Below are positions 1-10,341 of a DNA stretch of 64,000 bases, piece by piece. This stretch comes from a virus. The stretch covers positions 1-64,000 of the IMG/VR virus record IMGVR_UViG_3300009514_000016; one strand, given 5' to 3'. Below the pieces are notes generated by a model. That model had not been told where the DNA came from. It worked only from the letters and a program-made list of their open reading frames with translations, and ran no database searches. Both the position numbers and the translations under genes were made by a program. How positions within the stretch are numbered: the stretch's first letter is position 1; every line of letters begins with the position of its first letter.

Positions 1-920
1 AACTCCTTGAACTCCAGTAGTACCTTGAACTCCAGTGTTTCCTTGGACCCCAGTAGCACCTTGAACTCCAGTAGTACCTTGAACTCCAGTGTTTCCTTGG
101 ACCCCAGTAGCGCCTTGAACTCCTGTAGTACCTTGGACTCCAGTAGTACCTTGGACTCCAGTAGTACCTTGGACCCCAGTAGCACCTTGAACTCCTGTAG
201 TACCTTGGACCCCAGTAGCACCTTGGACCCCAGTAGCACCTTGAACTCCTGTATTACCTTGGACCCCAGTAGCACCTTGAACTCCAGTGTTTCCTTGGAC
301 CCCAGTATTACCTTGAACTCCAGTGTTTCCTTGAACTCCAGTGTTTCCTTGGACTCCAGTAGTACCTTGGACCCCAGTAGCACCTTGGACCCCAGTAGCA
401 CCTTGGACCCCAGTATTACCTTGAACTCCAGTATTACCTTGAACTCCAGTATTACCTTGAACTCCAGTATTACCTTGAACTCCAGTATTACCTTGAACTC
501 CAGTATTACCTTGAACTCCAGTGGCTCCTTGGACCCCTGTAGCTCCCTGAATTCCCTGAACTCCAGTGGCTCCTTGGACGCCTGTTTGTCCTTGGACACC
601 AGTTGTCCCTTGGACTCCGGTTGCGCCTTGAACGCCTGTTGCGCCTTGAACTCCAGTTTGTCCCTGAACACCAGTATTGCCCTGAACTCCAGTATTGCCT
701 TGAATTCCTTGAACACCAGTTTGACCGCGAACTCCAGTTGATCCCTGAACTCCGGTTTCCCCTTGTGGAGCGCCTGCTGGTCCAGTTGGCCCTCTATTTC
801 CAGTGTCTCCTTGAACCCCGGTATTTCCCTGTACGCCAGTATCGCCCTGAACTCCAGTGTGTCCCTGAACTCCAGTGTGTCCTTGGACTCCAGTATCTCC
901 CTGTATTCCGGTATTGCCTT
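1..920. repeat. Degenerate 18-bp (9-bp unit) tandem repeat encoding the collagen triplets
   Basis: Units such as aactccagtattaccttg and gaccccagtagcaccttg repeat in tandem, with a perfect run at about 420-520. Confidence 0.9.
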
Positions 921-951
921 GAGAAAATCTTCCACCACGAACGTTTGTCAT
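1..951 (-). CDS. Collagen-like (Gly-X-Thr/Gly-Val-Gln) repeat protein, 3'-partial; probable virion fibre
   Basis: ATG at 951. Frame reads [30 protein letters not shown]... and stays open as Gly-X-Y triplets to the window edge, so it is absent from the ORF track. Confidence 0.9.
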   Translation of the reverse strand, partial: MTNVRGGRFSQGNTGIQGDTGVQGHTGVQGHTGVQGDTGVQGNTGVQGDTGNRGPTGPAGAPQGETGVQGSTGVRGQTGVQGIQGNTGVQGNTGVQGQTGVQGATGVQGATGVQGTTGVQGQTGVQGATGVQGIQGATGVQGATGVQGNTGVQGNTGVQGNTGVQGNTGVQGNTGVQGNTGVQGATGVQGATGVQGTTGVQGNTGVQGNTGVQGNTGVQGNTGVQGATGVQGNTGVQGATGVQGATGVQGTTGVQGATGVQGTTGVQGTTGVQGTTGVQGATGVQGNTGVQGTTGVQGATGVQGNTGVQGTTGVQGV

Positions 952-1031
952 TGTCTGTTTTTTGCTTTAAAAGAGGACTTCCCTATATGTTTCTATTTCT
1001 AAAAGACAGTTCCTGTTACTAATTGGCCTAT

Positions 1032-4000
1032 TTAGGCATATAGTTTTGAACTGTCTATTCTGTCTTTGAGTTCAATGTTTTCTTCAGAAATCAAATCGTT
1101 TTCCCAGAAAGTTTTTCTCTGTTCAAATAGCATGTTGTCCGAATGGGCATTGTACTGATTATAGAATCCGTCTGATCTAATTCCTCCACTTGGCGCAAAG
1201 AAATGCCACCCCATTGCCTCTGGATTGACTACCATTCTGAATCCAGCTAAATGTAGGCGATAAGAAAAGTCTGTTTCTTCTCTGTGCCCTATTTTGCTAA
1301 ACATTTTATAATATCCACCAACTGATCGAGCAATATCTGTTCGATACATAAACGAGCTATAAAGATGTTCCACCGATTTCAGCAAATTGTCTCCATGTTG
1401 AAATATCTGTAAATTCATAGTGCATGGATCAATTTTACCCTGAAATTCTGGAATGTCCATATAGGTTTCTGGAGCAAATTGCTCATTTGCAGGCTTGCTC
1501 GGATCCAAATAAACTCCTCCCACTGCTGCGATATTATCCCCGTCTTTGCGCAAGAATATGTTAAACAACTTTTCCAAAAAGTTAGGCTCTAAAATCAAAT
1601 CATCATCCACTCTGCATATTAAATCATTATTTGTGTTCTCCAACACTTGTTGATGAGAAATGTGTGGGCCTTTCTGCTTCCCTCTGCTCAATAACGATCC
1701 ATGTCCGCTATTACTGATAATATTCATCAATCTAGTGATTAGATGATTTTGCAAAATAGATTCATCTTTATCATCTATTGTTAAGACCAAATCCCAATTC
1801 TTGAATGTCTGATTTCTTAAAGATTCTAATAAAGCTGCCAAATAATCATGTCGATCTCTGGTGGAAATATCTATTGTTACTCTTGAACTGCTGTCAATGG
1901 TTTTTATTTTTGGACTTTTATAAATATCTGGATGGAAATCAATAATCCATTTCTTATTTTTGCGCTCTTCTTCCATTCCGAATAGCACTGGCCACAATTC
2001 CAATGCGCTTTCTTTCCATGTCAAATGTTTGTGAACAAATTCACTGCTCTCTCTTCCGACTTCTAGGCTCTTTTGCCTATCATTGTAGGCATCAAGCATT
2101 ATTGCTTTTAGATGATCAATGTCCGCCATGGCCCAGTCCCCGCTGTCGCCTTCAACGTAGTCTGGGGCTTCAGTATAAGCTTGCGACATTCCAGAAACTT
2201 TTATCGGATACCCAATTGTTTCTGACGGATCAGCAAAGAATTCAGCAGGAGTGCTCCATTTAGTATAAGCAACTGGCAAACCTGTTGCCATTCCCTCTAA
2301 AATAGCATACCCTATGCCCTCGCCGCTGCTTGTGTGAATTAACATATCGGCATCATGGTACATTTTGACCATATCATCTGTTGAGAGCATTTTGTTTTCT
2401 TCAGTATAAACTGGAATAATATTTGCCCTGTGAGTATAAGGTTCAATCCAATCTAGAATTCCAAAGGCACTGGATCTTATGATTAGCTTGACATTTGGAT
2501 ACTCTGATTTAGGAAAAGTTTCTACAAACGCCCTAACCGCATCTATGGTTCTTTTCCTATTCTGGCAAACCCCAACATTTAATATGGTGAATTCTTCTTT
2601 CACTTCTCTTTCTTTGAAAGAGAATTTAGGGTTGATTCCCGGCCTAATAACATGGATCGGTTTTTCAATCTTAGAATTCTGCTGCACTAATTTATTGAAT
2701 TCAGAGAAAGTAATGATCCTATCCATTCCGTTGCAAGCATCAACGTAAGATGGTCGCATTTTGGTGCTCTCTGCCAAAGAAATGCCGACTTTATACCTCG
2801 CCTTGATATGTTCGAAGCTCTCCATCAAATGACAAACAATGTTAATGCTTTGGTCTATTAATAACCTAATTGACTTTGTTCTGGTTTTCTCATACAGTTG
2901 CGATATAAGTGGATCTTCAATGTTTCTTCCATTATCCCAATCATGGACATAGACATCAAATCCTAACTCATGGAGCTCTGGGATTAATCCTTCAGCGATT
3001 GTGCTAAATCCTGTTCCTTTGCCAATAAAAGTATGGAATAGAACTTTGATTTTGGATCTTGCTCCTTTGCCCCATTTTTGGTTGAGATATTCAATATTGT
3101 GTTTAATTTCTTTGGAAAGATCAAGATTCTTATTGGTTTGTCCGCTAAAATGATTCAGAGGGAAAACAGATTTTCCATTTTCATCCTCTCCTAGAGTTAC
3201 TATTTTATACCCCGCTGATTGCACTCGAATGCTCAAATCAGCATCCTCGTAATAGGCCATCTGGAAATTCTCATCAAATCCGCCGATATGATCTAAAACG
3301 CTCTTAGGCAACATGACGCAAAAACCATAATGACAGTTAAAACCAGACATAACATCGTCTCTTCTGGCAATCATTGGCCCAACAATTCCAGCATCAGGCG
3401 ACAATTGCAGAGCATCAACTAACATCGTCAGCCAACATTCTCCATTCTCACTTCTGCCAGTTACTTCGCAATCATTATTGACAAAAGCGACATAATGCCC
3501 TTTAGCTTGATCCAATCCCTGATTAGATGCCTTGCCAAAACCAAGATTCTCTTTATTTGTTATAAATCTAACTCTTGGATTAGATGCGGAAATCTGTTCC
3601 AGCCAATCCGCTGTCCCGTCAGAAGAACCGTTATCTATAAATATTATTTCGTAATTGCAGTCTGTGAAATCAGTTACGCTTTCATAAAACTTTTTTGTCA
3701 TCTCTAATTCATTATGAACTGGAGTGATAATGGAGATAAGATTTGCGTCATAAGCAACTGTTTTAATTAGGTCATCCCACTGATCGTAGACATAGTTGAA
3801 AGAAAATAGCTCCTCAGCCCGCTTCCTGGCCCTAGAACCCATTTCGAGAGCCTTTTTGGACCCATCATACTTCCAGTCTTTATAATAGCTTTCTAGGGCA
3901 TCTAAAATAGCCTGTTTAGAAGGAATTGCGTGGTCAGTTTGCAGAGGCTCATATCTCTCTACGGTTTCAATATCAATGAGATGCCCGCAATCCCCAATGA

Positions 4001-4934
4001 CTTCGGGAGAAGCTGCCACACTGGTTATAATATGAGGAACTCCGCATGCGAGACTCTCTGCCGATAGGAGGCCAAATCCTTCTCCTCCAGTTGTGCTCAG
4101 AGTGACATTGGCGATGTCGTAGGTTTTATCAACCAATTCTGATTCAGAGTAGAAATTTTTATCAAAATGAATTTTGCCGTGAAGTTTTAATTCTGCGGCC
4201 ATTTCGTCTAGCTTATAAGGAGAAACGCCATCTTGCGGATCACATTTGCAGTATAATAAGACATCTTGCTTATCCTTGGCGAATTCAGCGAAATACTCTA
4301 AAGTCTTATCCCATCTCTTTCTGGGCTGATTTCTGTCATTGCGCATAACAATGAATTTATTCTTAAATATCTGCCTGCCGTCAGGAATTTTTCTATTGGC
4401 TTTTTTGGTTTCCTTGGATGTGCACGGCTTGAATATGTCCAAATCGATGCCATGGTGAATAAATCCAACATCAGGATTGTTTATAACTTTACTATTGATA
4501 TCTAAAGCATATTTAGTAACAAATCTTACAGATTTGAATGCATTGATAATTTCTGCGCCTCCATAATCAGGAATCATCCCTTCAAATGGCATCCAGAATA
4601 CCGATCTGTTTCTAATGTCTTGCGAAAGGTCTAAAAGATAACGGTAGCGATAAGAATCATTGAGCCATATAATGACATCAAACTTGTATTTATTGTGCAA
4701 TTCTGAAATTGCTTGTGCGTCTCCATAAATTCCGTCCGGGTCTCTATGGAGTGCGCTATTAGGCAGGACAACCATATTTTCGTAGTCATATAGTTGCCCT
4801 GACTTGTCATAGGCATTGAAATGAGTAAAATATACGTCGTATTTTCTTTTCTTTAGTTCTCTCCCTGTTATTCTTGCAACACTAGCATATCCGGTATTAA
4901 CTAGTGGAGAGTCCGTCGCTATTAGGATTTTCAT
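1032..4934 (-). CDS. Four-domain glycosyltransferase (GT4-GT2-GT4-GT2)
   Basis: Two GT-B/GT4 motifs (GEGFGLLSAESLACGVP, GEGIGYAILEGMATGLP) alternate with two GT-A/GT2 domains (ISIITPVHN...IDNGSSDGT...FVNND; TIDISTRDR...RVDDD). Confidence 0.9.
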   Translation of the reverse strand: MKILIATDSPLVNTGYASVARITGRELKKRKYDVYFTHFNAYDKSGQLYDYENMVVLPNSALHRDPDGIYGDAQAISELHNKYKFDVIIWLNDSYRYRYLLDLSQDIRNRSVFWMPFEGMIPDYGGAEIINAFKSVRFVTKYALDINSKVINNPDVGFIHHGIDLDIFKPCTSKETKKANRKIPDGRQIFKNKFIVMRNDRNQPRKRWDKTLEYFAEFAKDKQDVLLYCKCDPQDGVSPYKLDEMAAELKLHGKIHFDKNFYSESELVDKTYDIANVTLSTTGGEGFGLLSAESLACGVPHIITSVAASPEVIGDCGHLIDIETVERYEPLQTDHAIPSKQAILDALESYYKDWKYDGSKKALEMGSRARKRAEELFSFNYVYDQWDDLIKTVAYDANLISIITPVHNELEMTKKFYESVTDFTDCNYEIIFIDNGSSDGTADWLEQISASNPRVRFITNKENLGFGKASNQGLDQAKGHYVAFVNNDCEVTGRSENGECWLTMLVDALQLSPDAGIVGPMIARRDDVMSGFNCHYGFCVMLPKSVLDHIGGFDENFQMAYYEDADLSIRVQSAGYKIVTLGEDENGKSVFPLNHFSGQTNKNLDLSKEIKHNIEYLNQKWGKGARSKIKVLFHTFIGKGTGFSTIAEGLIPELHELGFDVYVHDWDNGRNIEDPLISQLYEKTRTKSIRLLIDQSINIVCHLMESFEHIKARYKVGISLAESTKMRPSYVDACNGMDRIITFSEFNKLVQQNSKIEKPIHVIRPGINPKFSFKEREVKEEFTILNVGVCQNRKRTIDAVRAFVETFPKSEYPNVKLIIRSSAFGILDWIEPYTHRANIIPVYTEENKMLSTDDMVKMYHDADMLIHTSSGEGIGYAILEGMATGLPVAYTKWSTPAEFFADPSETIGYPIKVSGMSQAYTEAPDYVEGDSGDWAMADIDHLKAIMLDAYNDRQKSLEVGRESSEFVHKHLTWKESALELWPVLFGMEEERKNKKWIIDFHPDIYKSPKIKTIDSSSRVTIDISTRDRHDYLAALLESLRNQTFKNWDLVLTIDDKDESILQNHLITRLMNIISNSGHGSLLSRGKQKGPHISHQQVLENTNNDLICRVDDDLILEPNFLEKLFNIFLRKDGDNIAAVGGVYLDPSKPANEQFAPETYMDIPEFQGKIDPCTMNLQIFQHGDNLLKSVEHLYSSFMYRTDIARSVGGYYKMFSKIGHREETDFSYRLHLAGFRMVVNPEAMGWHFFAPSGGIRSDGFYNQYNAHSDNMLFEQRKTFWENDLISEENIELKDRIDSSKLYA

Positions 4935-5214
4935 GTTTCATTTTTCCGTTTTCAACTGCACATTCGATCGCTTCCGCAATTATCTTCAAGTTGGACAAGC
5001 AAACCTCAATTCCTTGTTCTTCTGCTGTTTTAATGGTTTCTTGCAGCGCATCAATAATCGGGGATAATTCGATTGATATTTCATTATACATTTCATTTCT
5101 GAGTATTTGAGAAATATTGTCAATTCTGTCCTTATACTCTAGGCATAAATTGCGGTATCCATTTCTCTGATTAGCTAGATGCTCCAAAATAATCTTATCT
5201 TTGACTTTACTCAT
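4897..5214 (-). CDS. Hypothetical protein
   Basis: ORF; start moved to MSKVKD, which follows an AGGAG RBS. Confidence 0.6.
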   Translation of the reverse strand: MSKVKDKIILEHLANQRNGYRNLCLEYKDRIDNISQILRNEMYNEISIELSPIIDALQETIKTAEEQGIEVCLSNLKIIAEAIECAVENGKMKHENPNSDGLSTS

Positions 5215-5375
5215 TGTGTATAAACTCCTTAATTTGATTTGACATAAAAATGACAAAATATCCTTTTCATTGCGAATAAATTATTGAACCATATCATCTC
5301 CTATAAACATAATTTGAGTGACTGGCAAAGAGCAATCTCTGCCTTATTGTTTGAATTTGTTTTCATTCTCTTGAC

Positions 5376-5738
5376 TTATATATCTTCGAATTTATTAAGC
5401 ATCTGAGCGATGTTTTCTGAGTTTCGATAACCCGCCCCATTGCAATAGGGGCAATCGTTATAGCCATTGCGGACGTAACTATCGCATTCACATGGAACTA
5501 TAACGCCACTTTCTTCCAAAGCTTGAAAGACATCTAGCATGCCTTCATAAAACTCATTCATAACTTTCTTTTTGAAGTATCTGAACTGTTCGTCCTTGGA
5601 TCCTAGCCTGAATTGCTCTAAGTCTAGAATATTCTTCATTTGGGAAAGCTGCTTTAAAAATATTTCTTTAGCAATCTGGACCATCAGAGTAGTCTCTTTC
5701 CTGGGTTTATCATAATATGCTTGAATCATAATCATCAA
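5376..5738 (-). CDS. Hypothetical protein with C-terminal CxC/CxxCxGxG zinc-binding motif
   Basis: PCECDS...CPYCNGAGY. Confidence 0.65.
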   Translation of the reverse strand: MMIMIQAYYDKPRKETTLMVQIAKEIFLKQLSQMKNILDLEQFRLGSKDEQFRYFKKKVMNEFYEGMLDVFQALEESGVIVPCECDSYVRNGYNDCPYCNGAGYRNSENIAQMLNKFEDI

Positions 5739-5790
5739 GCAATAATTACAATTTTATAATTCTAGGAATTAATCCTGCAATTATTTCCTG

Positions 5791-6483
5791 CTAAAAGTTG
5801 ACTAGATCGTCATCTCCCATTGAATCCATCGACATTTCGTCATATCCTCCAGAATCATCAACATCAAAAGATATAGTGCTGCTAGATTGAGATGCCCGTT
5901 CAAGCAATTCTTGAGACCCGCCAACCGACATAGTTAAACCAGAGTCTCTGGACACTCCTTTTGGATCCCTGGCTGCCCCTGCCCGTCTCTCTTTGTCCTT
6001 GTTGTATTTTGCCCTGATTGCGGCGCATTCCTCAAGAGTCGTTGGAACAAGAATCCCAGCTCTGATTGCTCTTTTGACGCTTTCTGTGTTTATTGTTGAG
6101 ATATCAATGTAATCTCCAGGCTGAATGGTCTTTCCTGGATCTTCTTCCCCTGGAGGAGTGTAGTCTTCAATGCAGAATGATCCAGTTTTAGATCTAAATA
6201 GAGTTGTATCTTCTGGAATATCAAACTGAGATTGCGCAGAAGTAACTGTTTGAGCGACTGCGCGAGGAACCATTGAAGCTTTTTTCTCTAGTGATTCTTT
6301 GAGATTATCTTTCTCAACTTTTTCTCCAGAATGGGCCAGCTTGACAGAATATTCTTCAAATACTTTGTCAACAATTCTGGAATAAGATGATTTTTCCAAA
6401 TCGGATTTATTGAATCTAACAACGCTCTGATCAAAGATCAAAGCAACATTTTCTCCATCAATAACAAAATAAGCATTATTCAT
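5791..6483 (-). CDS. Hypothetical protein, acidic C-terminus
   Basis: 230-aa ORF overlapping the stop of the upstream GT gene. Confidence 0.65.
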   Translation of the reverse strand: MNNAYFVIDGENVALIFDQSVVRFNKSDLEKSSYSRIVDKVFEEYSVKLAHSGEKVEKDNLKESLEKKASMVPRAVAQTVTSAQSQFDIPEDTTLFRSKTGSFCIEDYTPPGEEDPGKTIQPGDYIDISTINTESVKRAIRAGILVPTTLEECAAIRAKYNKDKERRAGAARDPKGVSRDSGLTMSVGGSQELLERASQSSSTISFDVDDSGGYDEMSMDSMGDDDLVNF

Positions 6484-8041
6484 TGGTCAGTTCCTCGTAT
6501 ATCTCTGTTAGTCTTGACTCCACTCTGTCAACGCATTTGTTCCAAGTGTAATTCTTGACTAAATCCTTGCGCAATTTATTCGCTTTCTTTTGCGCTTCTT
6601 TTTTGTTCTCATAAACATAGCGCATATGATGTCTGGTTTGTTCGACAGCCGCATCGCCAAACATTGGAAATTTTTGGCCCTCATAAAAATGTGAAATCCA
6701 AGACAGTCTGCTGTCTGAAACAACATACTTGTCAACATCAACCAAATAAGAATTGCTATCATTCAAAAATTCAGTGTGCCCTGAATAATTGCTTGAAATC
6801 ACAGGGATTTCGCATGCTCCCGCCTCGCACCCTGGGAGTCCCCATCCCTCGCCGCGACTAATCAGAACAAAGCAATCAGCGCTATTATACAATCTCGGAA
6901 GCATCGCATCTGGCATAACGTCTCCAAACAAAACAACCCTTGGCATCTTGGGATTATCAATTGAAGCTTTTATCGCCTCAACATCGCTTCTGATCTTCTT
7001 TTTCTTAACTTCTTCTGTGCTTCCAAAGTAACGAGAAGAAATCAATAACGTAACATCATCATCTCTGGTGAATTCAGATAAGAATGCTTTTAAAAGAACA
7101 TCATATCCTTTGCGATAGCTCCATCCAAACAAAGAGAGGAACACAAAATCCCCTCCCAAATTTTCTGACATTTCTAATGGGTTCAATCCAGGTTTATACT
7201 TGTCAACATCCACTCCCAAAGGCATTTTATAGATCGGAATCTTTATTCCGGCCTTTTTGAAGATATCCACATTCCATTGACTCGGCAACCAAATTTCATC
7301 TGCCATGCTGCACCTGTCAACATAATCAGGGTGCAAAGTATGAGTTTCCATCATAGTGTAGAAAATTTTTGGACCCGACCACCCTGCTCCGCTCGGCGCA
7401 GTCATTCCATATATTTTTGGGCATCCTCTGCCGACTTTCCTCTGGGTTAAAGCGCCAATCTTCTTCCCAATTTCAAAATCGATATCAGGGATGCTTGGCA
7501 ATATTTGCGGGCGGACATTTATTCCTCGCTCATCTAAGCCAAAAATATAGCGCCTATTCATATTGGCAAAACCGCCAGCGTCCAACATAGGGCCAGCATA
7601 TTCGACATCCATCACTCCTGATTCTTTATATTTGTCAAGAGAGGAATAGGATGGCCTATGAATTTCAGAATAAACAGTCATGAAAGAGTCTAGTTCTTTT
7701 TTCTCTTCCTTGACGTTCCTTGGAAGTTTTGCGACATCTGCTCTAGGCTTTTTAGAAACCACATCCAAATCAACATACTTAGACTCAGGTTTTGAAGAAG
7801 ACAAATCCTCTTTAACAGACTTGACTTGTAATTCAGAGGCGATCTGATGCGATTTCTTAAGAGTCTTATTTGAAGACACTTCTTTGAGCATGTTGTTTTT
7901 TATTGCAGTTGTTAGACATCTAGATTTTCGCGCCAGAGAATCATCTATCTCAACGACCTTGGAGCGATCTCTGTCAAATTTAACAATCACTTCGATGTCA
8001 TCTAGCAGAACATTGCCGCTATGAATATTTACAACCTTCAT
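6476..8041 (-). CDS. GT4 glycosyltransferase with N-terminal extension
   Basis: DEIWLPSQWN, RKGYDVLLKAF, SRGEGWGLPGCEAGACEIPVI. Confidence 0.88.
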   Translation of the reverse strand: MKVVNIHSGNVLLDDIEVIVKFDRDRSKVVEIDDSLARKSRCLTTAIKNNMLKEVSSNKTLKKSHQIASELQVKSVKEDLSSSKPESKYVDLDVVSKKPRADVAKLPRNVKEEKKELDSFMTVYSEIHRPSYSSLDKYKESGVMDVEYAGPMLDAGGFANMNRRYIFGLDERGINVRPQILPSIPDIDFEIGKKIGALTQRKVGRGCPKIYGMTAPSGAGWSGPKIFYTMMETHTLHPDYVDRCSMADEIWLPSQWNVDIFKKAGIKIPIYKMPLGVDVDKYKPGLNPLEMSENLGGDFVFLSLFGWSYRKGYDVLLKAFLSEFTRDDDVTLLISSRYFGSTEEVKKKKIRSDVEAIKASIDNPKMPRVVLFGDVMPDAMLPRLYNSADCFVLISRGEGWGLPGCEAGACEIPVISSNYSGHTEFLNDSNSYLVDVDKYVVSDSRLSWISHFYEGQKFPMFGDAAVEQTRHHMRYVYENKKEAQKKANKLRKDLVKNYTWNKCVDRVESRLTEIYEELTNE

Positions 8042-8071
8042 ATAGTTTTCTTTCAGTTCAAAACAAAATCA

Positions 8072-8100
8072 AAAACCCATGGTGTAGAACCATGGGTTTT
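8072..8100. terminator. Intrinsic terminator-like hairpin downstream of def
   Basis: AAAACCCATGGT-loop-ACCATGGGTTTT. Confidence 0.65.
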
Positions 8101-8129
8101 CTGATTCTATAGAATATAGATTCGCTAAA

Positions 8130-8786
8130 CTAGGCGGCACTTTCCTCTTCTTGAGTGGTTTCTTCTGCTTTCTCTTCTTCTTTCACTTCTTTGCGAACAA
8201 ATTCAAGCTTGAAAAGACTCTCAAGCCCCTCAATTTGCTTGCGATTTAAGAACTTATCAGTATTGCTTAATCTAATCAAAAACAGCTTGCCATTCAGATG
8301 ATCTATTTCATGCTGAATGATCCTTGCCTGCATATCCTTGAATGTTTCGGTCTGAGTTTCTCCATCCATGTTCAAATATTCGATGGTAACTTTTTTATGG
8401 CGGCGAACATTTCCAAAAATTCCGGGGAAACTCAAGCATCCTTCGCTTTCAGTAGACCATTCATTTTTTTCGACAATAACAGGATCAATGAAGACTCTGC
8501 TCTGATTTCCAATGTTGGCAACAATAACTCTGGCTTGCCATCCGACCTGAGGAGCCGCAAGCCCCACTCCGTCTTCTTCCATAATCTCAAACATCTTGGT
8601 GACTAGCTTTTCCAACTTCTCTTTATCAGCAAAGTCAGGCACATAGGTGCTTTTTTGTGTCAAACGAGGATTGGGATAGTAAATCAACCTCATGTCTTCT
8701 GCTGTGAAATCAGCAGCATTTTCAGGGAATTTGTGCTTTTTACTAGCAACAATTTCCTCCATTAGTTTTTCAGTTTCATTTTCCAT
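8130..8786 (-). CDS. def: Peptide deformylase
   Basis: All three PDF motifs: GVGLAAPQVG, EGCLS, HEIDHLNG. Confidence 0.95.
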   Translation of the reverse strand: MENETEKLMEEIVASKKHKFPENAADFTAEDMRLIYYPNPRLTQKSTYVPDFADKEKLEKLVTKMFEIMEEDGVGLAAPQVGWQARVIVANIGNQSRVFIDPVIVEKNEWSTESEGCLSFPGIFGNVRRHKKVTIEYLNMDGETQTETFKDMQARIIQHEIDHLNGKLFLIRLSNTDKFLNRKQIEGLESLFKLEFVRKEVKEEEKAEETTQEEESAA

Positions 8787-8805
8787 TTAGCAAGCTTTCT
8801 TATGC

Positions 8806-8952
8806 TTATTCAGATTCTTTTGTTTGCGGATGATTAACTGGGTCAGACCATGCCCAAACAGCAAATGCATACCCAATAGCCATTTTCACGAAAGAAAATG
8901 TCGCTCCAAAAATAACAAGGCCATGTTCGGCCAAAAATGCATCAAAATCCAT
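8806..8952 (-). CDS. Small membrane peptide (48 aa)
   Basis: MDFDAFLAEHGLVIFGATFSFVKMAIGYAFAVWAWSDPVNHPQTKESE; GGAG upstream; fills the gap between flanking genes. Confidence 0.5.
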   Translation of the reverse strand: MDFDAFLAEHGLVIFGATFSFVKMAIGYAFAVWAWSDPVNHPQTKESE

Positions 8953-8979
8953 TGTGTGTAAACTCCATTTTGAGGTTTC

Positions 8980-9303
8980 TTAGGAAAGATTATACAACTT
9001 TGTGTAGTGTTTCCTAAATAAAAATCGCCGCACACGGCGGCGATCCGGTCTAATGACCGCAATTTCTGCAAGGGCGTCAGCAAGATGCTTTAGCAGCGCC
9101 GCATTGGTGACATTGTGACATAGTTTTAACTCCTTAAGCTCGTTCATTAAAATTTTAGGTTCCATCTTGTTCCAGTTATGGGGATTCATTCCTCCCATAA
9201 CTATGATAAAAATTTCCTTCCCCAAAAACCATTTTGTCGGGATTTCATTATACCCGGTTCTTTTTGCAGGTTTTTTCCAGTTTTTAGGCAATTTAATTTT
9301 CAC
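8980..9303 (-). CDS. Hypothetical basic protein
   Basis: 107-aa ORF, co-directional with its neighbours. Confidence 0.5.
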   Translation of the reverse strand: MKIKLPKNWKKPAKRTGYNEIPTKWFLGKEIFIIVMGGMNPHNWNKMEPKILMNELKELKLCHNVTNAALLKHLADALAEIAVIRPDRRRVRRFLFRKHYTKLYNLS

Positions 9304-9414
9304 TAATGAAGCAAATTATATGGAATAAATTTAATATAAAATAGAAAAATATGATCTGAACAAATAAATTGAAAATTTCAATAATCATCACCAAGAGAGA
9401 AACGCTCAGATTAC

Positions 9415-9723
9415 ATGGAAGAATTTTCAACACCACAAGAAATCCCAAGGCCAAAAGCTGAAGAACTTGTGTTCCGTGATCCAGAAACTGGGAGGCACTT
9501 CAAAACTCAAGAAGAAATGGAAATAGCCCAACAACATTGGCGCGAAAGAAAAGAACCAGAATCTTTAATAGATCCTGGCCTATACCCAGTCAGCAAAGAG
9601 CCTTGGTGGAGAAGGAAATCCTCTATAAATAAACTGATCAAAATAGCTAATAGACTAGATAAACTCGGAATGCACAAAGAGGCTGACGAAATAGATTCCT
9701 TGATTAAAAAACTCGTCAAATAG
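9415..9723 (+). CDS. Hypothetical protein with LIKIANRLDKLG-x3-EADEID helical motif
   Basis: 102-aa ORF; contains the K-x-A motif shared with presumed virion proteins. Confidence 0.65.
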   Translation: MEEFSTPQEIPRPKAEELVFRDPETGRHFKTQEEMEIAQQHWRERKEPESLIDPGLYPVSKEPWWRRKSSINKLIKIANRLDKLGMHKEADEIDSLIKKLVK

Positions 9724-9737
9724 TTTAATGGTATAAT

Positions 9738-9965
9738 ATGTCTCATCATTGCGTGAGAAATATTGTGTCAGAAATATATTACAATTTTGATCATAAAGAA
9801 GAATTGAAAATACAGCTGGTTCCATATGATCAAGATGCTTTTTGCAAAAAATATTCTAAAGAATTAGAGCCTACACTAAAAATGATGCGAGAAAACAAAA
9901 TTCGCAAAGAAGAAGAGAGACTTCGCAATATAGAAGAGAACAGATACTCAGGACTGGAAATATAA
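9738..9965 (+). CDS. Hypothetical protein, C-terminal YxxLEI tail
   Basis: Ends NRYSGLEI. Confidence 0.65.
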   Translation: MSHHCVRNIVSEIYYNFDHKEELKIQLVPYDQDAFCKKYSKELEPTLKMMRENKIRKEEERLRNIEENRYSGLEI

Positions 9966-10135
9966 TGGAAAACATTGAAGAATTATTCGCAGCAGCATTT
10001 AGGGATGCTCCTCACGAAAGTAAACATAATTTAGCTAAAGCCATGAACAAATGTCTGAAATGTTTATATCCTAGTGTTATTTTTCCTAAAATAGATGATG
10101 ATAAACAATCTGCAAAAATAGAAGGTAGCGAATAG
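9965..10135 (+). CDS. Small hypothetical protein (56 aa)
   Basis: TAATG overlap with the upstream stop; MENIEELFAAAFRDAPHESKHNLAKAMNK... Confidence 0.5.
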   Translation: MENIEELFAAAFRDAPHESKHNLAKAMNKCLKCLYPSVIFPKIDDDKQSAKIEGSE

Positions 10136-10161
10136 AAAATAAAGAATCTAGAAAAAATCAC

Positions 10162-10189
10162 TTGATGTTTTTGTGATGCGGTGTATAAT
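10162..10189 (+). promoter_or_regulatory. Sigma70-like promoter of the leader-tRNA operon
   Basis: TTGATG-16 nt-TATAAT, about 50 nt upstream of the leader ATG. Confidence 0.7.
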
Positions 10190-10239
10190 AACCCCGAGCC
10201 AAAAGCGGCAAGAAATATAAAACTTTAGAAAGAACAAAA

Positions 10240-10305
10240 ATGAAAACTATTACAATCGTGAAAAAGATGGTCATGATTAAAGGTGGAGTCCCGAGACTGC
10301 GCTAA
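10240..10305 (+). CDS. Attenuator leader peptide MKTITIVKKMVMIKGGVPRLR
   Basis: 21-codon ORF between the promoter and terminator; Lys/Ile/Val/Met codons match the downstream tRNA anticodons. Confidence 0.8.
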   Translation: MKTITIVKKMVMIKGGVPRLR

Positions 10306-10341
10306 TAGTTCTCATTTGCTTGAACTAGAGCCGGTCCTGGG
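10290..10341 (+). promoter_or_regulatory. Antiterminator hairpin (alternative to the terminator)
   Basis: CCCGAGACTGCGCTAATAGTTC (10290-10311) pairs with GAACTAGAGCCGGTCCTGGG (10322-10341), sequestering the terminator 5' arm. Confidence 0.7.

Noticed and set aside
1-920. Tandem repeats as a CRISPR array
   Set aside because: Contiguous 9/18-bp coding units with no unique spacers.
7-1022. Plus-strand Ser/Leu-rich ORFs (7..741, 603..1022, 763..1002)
   Set aside because: Antisense shadows of the minus-strand collagen repeat, which has a proper ATG and Gly-X-Y periodicity.
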